A stretch of DNA of 52,291 nucleotides from an uncultured virus (IMG/VR IMGVR_UViG_2061766007_002057) (Duplodnaviria; Heunggongvirae; Uroviricota; Caudoviricetes), in IMG/VR virus record IMGVR_UViG_2061766007_002057; one strand, given 5' to 3'. This document shows, in pieces, positions 48,801 through 52,291 of this stretch (position 1 is the stretch's first letter; every line of letters starts with the position of its first letter). Under the pieces are notes generated by a model. The model saw only the letters and a list, made by a program, of their open reading frames with translations, did not search any database and had not been told where the DNA came from. Both the position numbers and the translations under genes were made by a program.

Positions 48801-50140
48801 GAAGAAAAAGACGAAACAGGAAAAAGCGGAACAGAAACCAACAATAACTAAAACTGTTTTTCGACGAGATGTATACATAGATAAGACNNNNNNNNNNNNN
48901 NNNNNNNNNNNNNNNNNNNNNNNNNNNNNNNNNNNNNNNNNNNNNNNNNNNNNAAACGGTGCAAAGGTTGTTCTTCTGTGGATGCGTGGGGTTTACAAGG
49001 GTGATCACTTCAACGAAAGAGACCTAAACTATATCCGCCCATACTTAGCATCACAGTACNNNNNNNNNNNNNNNNNNNNNNNNNNNNNNNNNATGCTTCA
49101 CCCTGCTCAAAAATTTCCTACTACAGGGTTACAACAATATGCTCAATCCAATGATTCTATTATATGTGCTTCTACTAAACAGGCGTTAACAGTGGTTGCT
49201 CGTCCTGTAGGCCGTATACCACATACAATACACACAACAGGAACTGTGTCCGTTCCTCGTTATTCTAANNNNNNNNNNNNNNNNNNNNNNAGGATAATAC
49301 CTTGGGTGCGCTTGTTATTGAAACAACAGGAATCAAGGGTTTTTTTATTAGACAAGTGCAATGGATTGGGAACTGTTTTGTTGACTTAGGTATAAGGTAT
49401 ACAGCAACTACACACTCAAAGGCAGAAACAGAGGCAATGATATTCGGAGATATACACCTTGGGGATGAAGACCCGGTTGCGTTAGAAACGTCTCTTGAAC
49501 AGGTAAATTATCTAAAACCAAAAAATATTTTTCTTCATGACCTGGCGTCAAATAATTCTATAAATTATCACGATGCCGCAGATACAATAAAACAGGCTAC
49601 CGCATCAGGAATAAATGTTTCGTTAGAAAAAGAATGGGGGTACGTAAAGGAGAAGTTAATAGATATACGCAACTCAGTTCCTCAGTCAACTAAGATTTAT
49701 GTTGTTCCGTCTAATCACGACGACTTTATTCACAAGTGGTTGAAAGACGGAACATTTACNNNNNNNNNNNNNNNNNNNNNNNNNNNNNNNNNNNNNNNNN
49801 NNNNNNNNNNNNNNNNNNNCTAAATGTTCAAGGCGTAACTTTTATAAATAAAGATGCAAGTATAAAAGTAGAGGGATGGGAATGCGCACAACACGGACAC
49901 CTAGGAAACAATGGAGCACGCGGTTCAATAAAATCGTTTGCTGTATCTTACGATAAAGCTTTTATAGGGCATTCCCACACGCCAGGTATAAACGGAAATA
50001 TTTGGCAGGTTGGAACTTTAAGTAAGTTCAGACTGTCTTATACGCAAGGTCCGTCATCGTGGCTACATGCAAATGGTGTTATTTNNNNNNNNNNNNNNNN
50101 NNNGTTGATTTTTATAGGAGATAAATGGCATGCCAGCTAA
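48799..50140 (+). CDS. large calcineurin-like phosphoesterase of large phages (three track ORFs joined across gaps)
   Basis: HTTG.VS.P.Y, GALVIE, FGDIHLG, FLHD, SNHD, QHGH.G.NGARGS, IGHSHTP, Y..GPSSW. Confidence 0.8.
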
Positions 50141-50660
50141 ACCAATTCAATTTTTTGATGCAGAAGTTTTACACAAACCTACACGCAAAGTAGAGTTCCC
50201 ATTAACCGACGAACTAAAACAGTTAGTAGCAGACTTAAAAGATACGCTTGACGAACGCCCACATGCTACTGGAGTGGCGGCTCCACAGATTGGGGTAGAC
50301 GTATCTATGTTTGTTTATAAAATTGGTAATTATATAAAACCTACTGTTATGATAAATCCAGAGATTGTAAAGGCAAGAGATCTGGAAGAGTCAGGAGACC
50401 TTGAGATGTGTTTGTCTTATCCTGGTCGTATATATGTTGTGCCTAGATATAAGAATATTTCTGTTTATTTTCAGGACGTAGACGGAGAATCTTATGTTCT
50501 TAAGTACAGAAATTTTGAGGCGCGTGTTATTCAACACGAGACAGACCATTTGTCAGGACTTACAATTGAAGACCGTGGAATACTGGTTGATGAAGAAACA
50601 ACAGCTATGCTTTTAGGAATGATAGAAGAGGAGGAAGGAAACGATGGCGAGGAGAAGTAA
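50130..50660 (+). CDS. def: peptide deformylase
   Basis: GVAAPQIG, INPEI, E(M)CLS, ARVIQHETDHL.G. Confidence 0.92.
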   Translation: MPAKPIQFFDAEVLHKPTRKVEFPLTDELKQLVADLKDTLDERPHATGVAAPQIGVDVSMFVYKIGNYIKPTVMINPEIVKARDLEESGDLEMCLSYPGRIYVVPRYKNISVYFQDVDGESYVLKYRNFEARVIQHETDHLSGLTIEDRGILVDEETTAMLLGMIEEEEGNDGEEK

Positions 50661-51000
50661 ACGCACTAGCGTTAACAGAGGTACACTTCGCAAGATGGCA
50701 TGCACAGGATGTGGAAGACACGCCCGCTATGTTGATAGCGAAGTTACCGCCAGATTCTGTAATAACTGTTTCACGCGCACAGGTAATTATTTGCGTTATG
50801 AAAAAGGGCTTGAGCTTATAAAACCTTTGGAAGGTATAAGAGTTAAAGATATTGTTCTTGGCGCTGACGGAAAAAAGTACATTATTACGGGTCGTGAGGA
50901 CGTGTCAGGTGAGGACAAATATTATTACTGTAAAGAGGTTGGCACTAAGGACACAGTTGTTTTAGGTGATTATTTTTTTGTAAGAAAATGTGAGGAGTAA
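50644..51000 (+). CDS. zinc-finger hypothetical protein
   Basis: CTGC...CNNC; RBS. Confidence 0.65.
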   Translation: MARRSKRTSVNRGTLRKMACTGCGRHARYVDSEVTARFCNNCFTRTGNYLRYEKGLELIKPLEGIRVKDIVLGADGKKYIITGREDVSGEDKYYYCKEVGTKDTVVLGDYFFVRKCEE

Positions 51001-51001
51001 T

Positions 51002-51899
51002 ATGAGCAACGAAAAAAACGCGGCACTTACAGTGTATGCACAAAACAGATACGTATACAATACCGACGATATAGCTATGTTAAAAGTTATTGCGTCTGCA
51101 GGAAATGGCCCAGTAAACACGTTCAAAAAGGGGCAAAGAATTGATAGTGATTCGCAAACTATTTTTGCTAAAAAAGCAGAATTAGCATTGGGCTTTAAGA
51201 ACGAAGGCGAATCTATTTCAGCAGGTTATCCGGAGATTACAGTTAATAGAACTGGTGGTACAATTCAACTTACGTTTGGTGATATGGCAATGAGTACCAT
51301 GGCTAAACGAGACCCTCTTGGTCTTGAGAAAATTGCAGCTCCGACTAAAATGACGTTCAGACCGCATGCAGTTAAATATGAAATCTCTAAGGATGACTTT
51401 GCAAAACTTGGCAATGCACTTCAAACTATGTACACACCGAACTCAATCTATAGGGTAGTTAATAATACAGGACGTGGATATGAGCTTGGTGATATTACCA
51501 ACGATTATCTTTATAGCATGATGAACTGCACTCCGTTAAGAGATGGAAGTGCTACTGTTAAAGAGAAAGCCATTTCTTTGTACAAATTGGACAATGGTTT
51601 TGGTATTAAACTTGGTAAGAGTACAATGATAGTTGTTACACTTGCGGAGCCATTATACANNNNNNNNNNNNNNNNNNNNNNNNNNNNNNNNNNNGCCTGA
51701 GACAAACTCATGGTCTACATTTCCAACGCATATTAAACAAAGTACTGGTTACGATGCAAACACTAAAGACTTTATGTATGAGGTTTGTGACGTAAACGGG
51801 AATAATATCTGTGTACCAGAGAGACAGGTTTTTGAGTCAGCTGTTNNNNNNNNNNNNNNNNNNNNNNNNNNNNNNNNNNNNNNNNNNNAATGGAGTTAA
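51002..51899 (+). CDS. hypothetical protein (joined across gaps; end uncertain)
   Basis: GAGGAG RBS; long ORF. Confidence 0.6.
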
Positions 51900-51937
51900 G
51901 TTGAGTCATTTTTAGACTTGACAAATTGTAAAAAATT

Positions 51938-52207
51938 ATGTTTAATAATGTTAAGTTGATGTTTTTTCATGCTCCTTGGTGTGGTCAGTGTAAAGCCTTT
52001 GCTCCGACGGTGGAAGAAGTTGTTAAAGAAACTGGAGTTGAGTTTGTAGATGTTGATTTGAATAAGGCTGAGAACATAGACTTATGTAACGAGGAAGGCG
52101 TACTTAATCTCCCTGTTGTAATTATTACAAATGGGGAACACAAAGAACGCATTGACGGGTTTGTTTCAAAAGAAAAAGTACTTGACAAACTCAATACTTT
52201 TAAGTAA
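51938..52207 (+). CDS. trxA: thioredoxin
   Basis: FHAPWCGQCK, VD, LP, RIDG. Confidence 0.88.
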   Translation: MFNNVKLMFFHAPWCGQCKAFAPTVEEVVKETGVEFVDVDLNKAENIDLCNEEGVLNLPVVIITNGEHKERIDGFVSKEKVLDKLNTFK

Positions 52208-52291
52208 GATAGAAGTATAGAAAAGTTTTGTGACTAGATGAGACTTCCCCCTCATCTACCTCCAAGACAAGAGCATAGCATAACGACGGGG

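Noticed and set aside
614..51899. Apparent frameshifts or pseudogenes in nrdD, the phosphoesterases, primase, groES, 3D protein and others
   Set aside because: Every frame change coincides with an N-gap of approximate length, so these are assembly artefacts rather than programmed frameshifts or introns.
1..52291. Stop-codon reassignment, as in some large phages
   Set aside because: Long genes are intact in code 11, and TAA, TAG and TGA all end genes followed by an RBS and a new start.
52236..52291. tRNA- or tmRNA-like end (TAGATGAG...CTCATCTACCTCCA)
   Set aside because: Only a single hairpin with no T-loop or cloverleaf, truncated by the window edge.

Overview
This window looks like part of a large lytic dsDNA phage genome: standard genetic code, strong GGAGG ribosome-binding sites, sigma70-type promoters, and no structural genes. 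The assembly has about 50 N-gaps of approximate length, which create artificial frameshifts in many genes. (1) 1-11.6 kb is mostly minus strand: a class III ribonucleotide reductase locus (nrdD with an HNH intein, groES, a separate glycyl-radical mini-subunit, an intein-containing metallophosphoesterase, and nrdG with an atypical CX3CX3C motif), a LuxR-type pseudo-response regulator, denV and an MmcB-like nuclease. (2) 11.7-32.1 kb is a plus-strand early/accessory block: Lar-like, MoxR AAA+ with VWA-peptidase, ImmA/IrrE-like, GP88, DUF4314 and several paralog families. It is nearly gap-free and bracketed by GGCCAG-rich repeats, which suggests a ~20-kb long terminal repeat. It contains a ~550-bp non-coding, hairpin-dense locus (24.6-25.2 kb) with two oppositely oriented hairpins sharing an 18-nt loop (candidate origin, priming signal or ncRNA), and a phased five-copy palindromic array at 30.4-30.6 kb. 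(3) 32.4-52.3 kb is plus strand: 3D-domain protein, RuvB, TOPRIM primase, PD-(D/E)xK exonuclease, thyX, phosphoesterases, groEL, an apparently dead RNA-ligase homolog, peptide deformylase and thioredoxin. All family calls are from motif recognition by eye; no database search was run.
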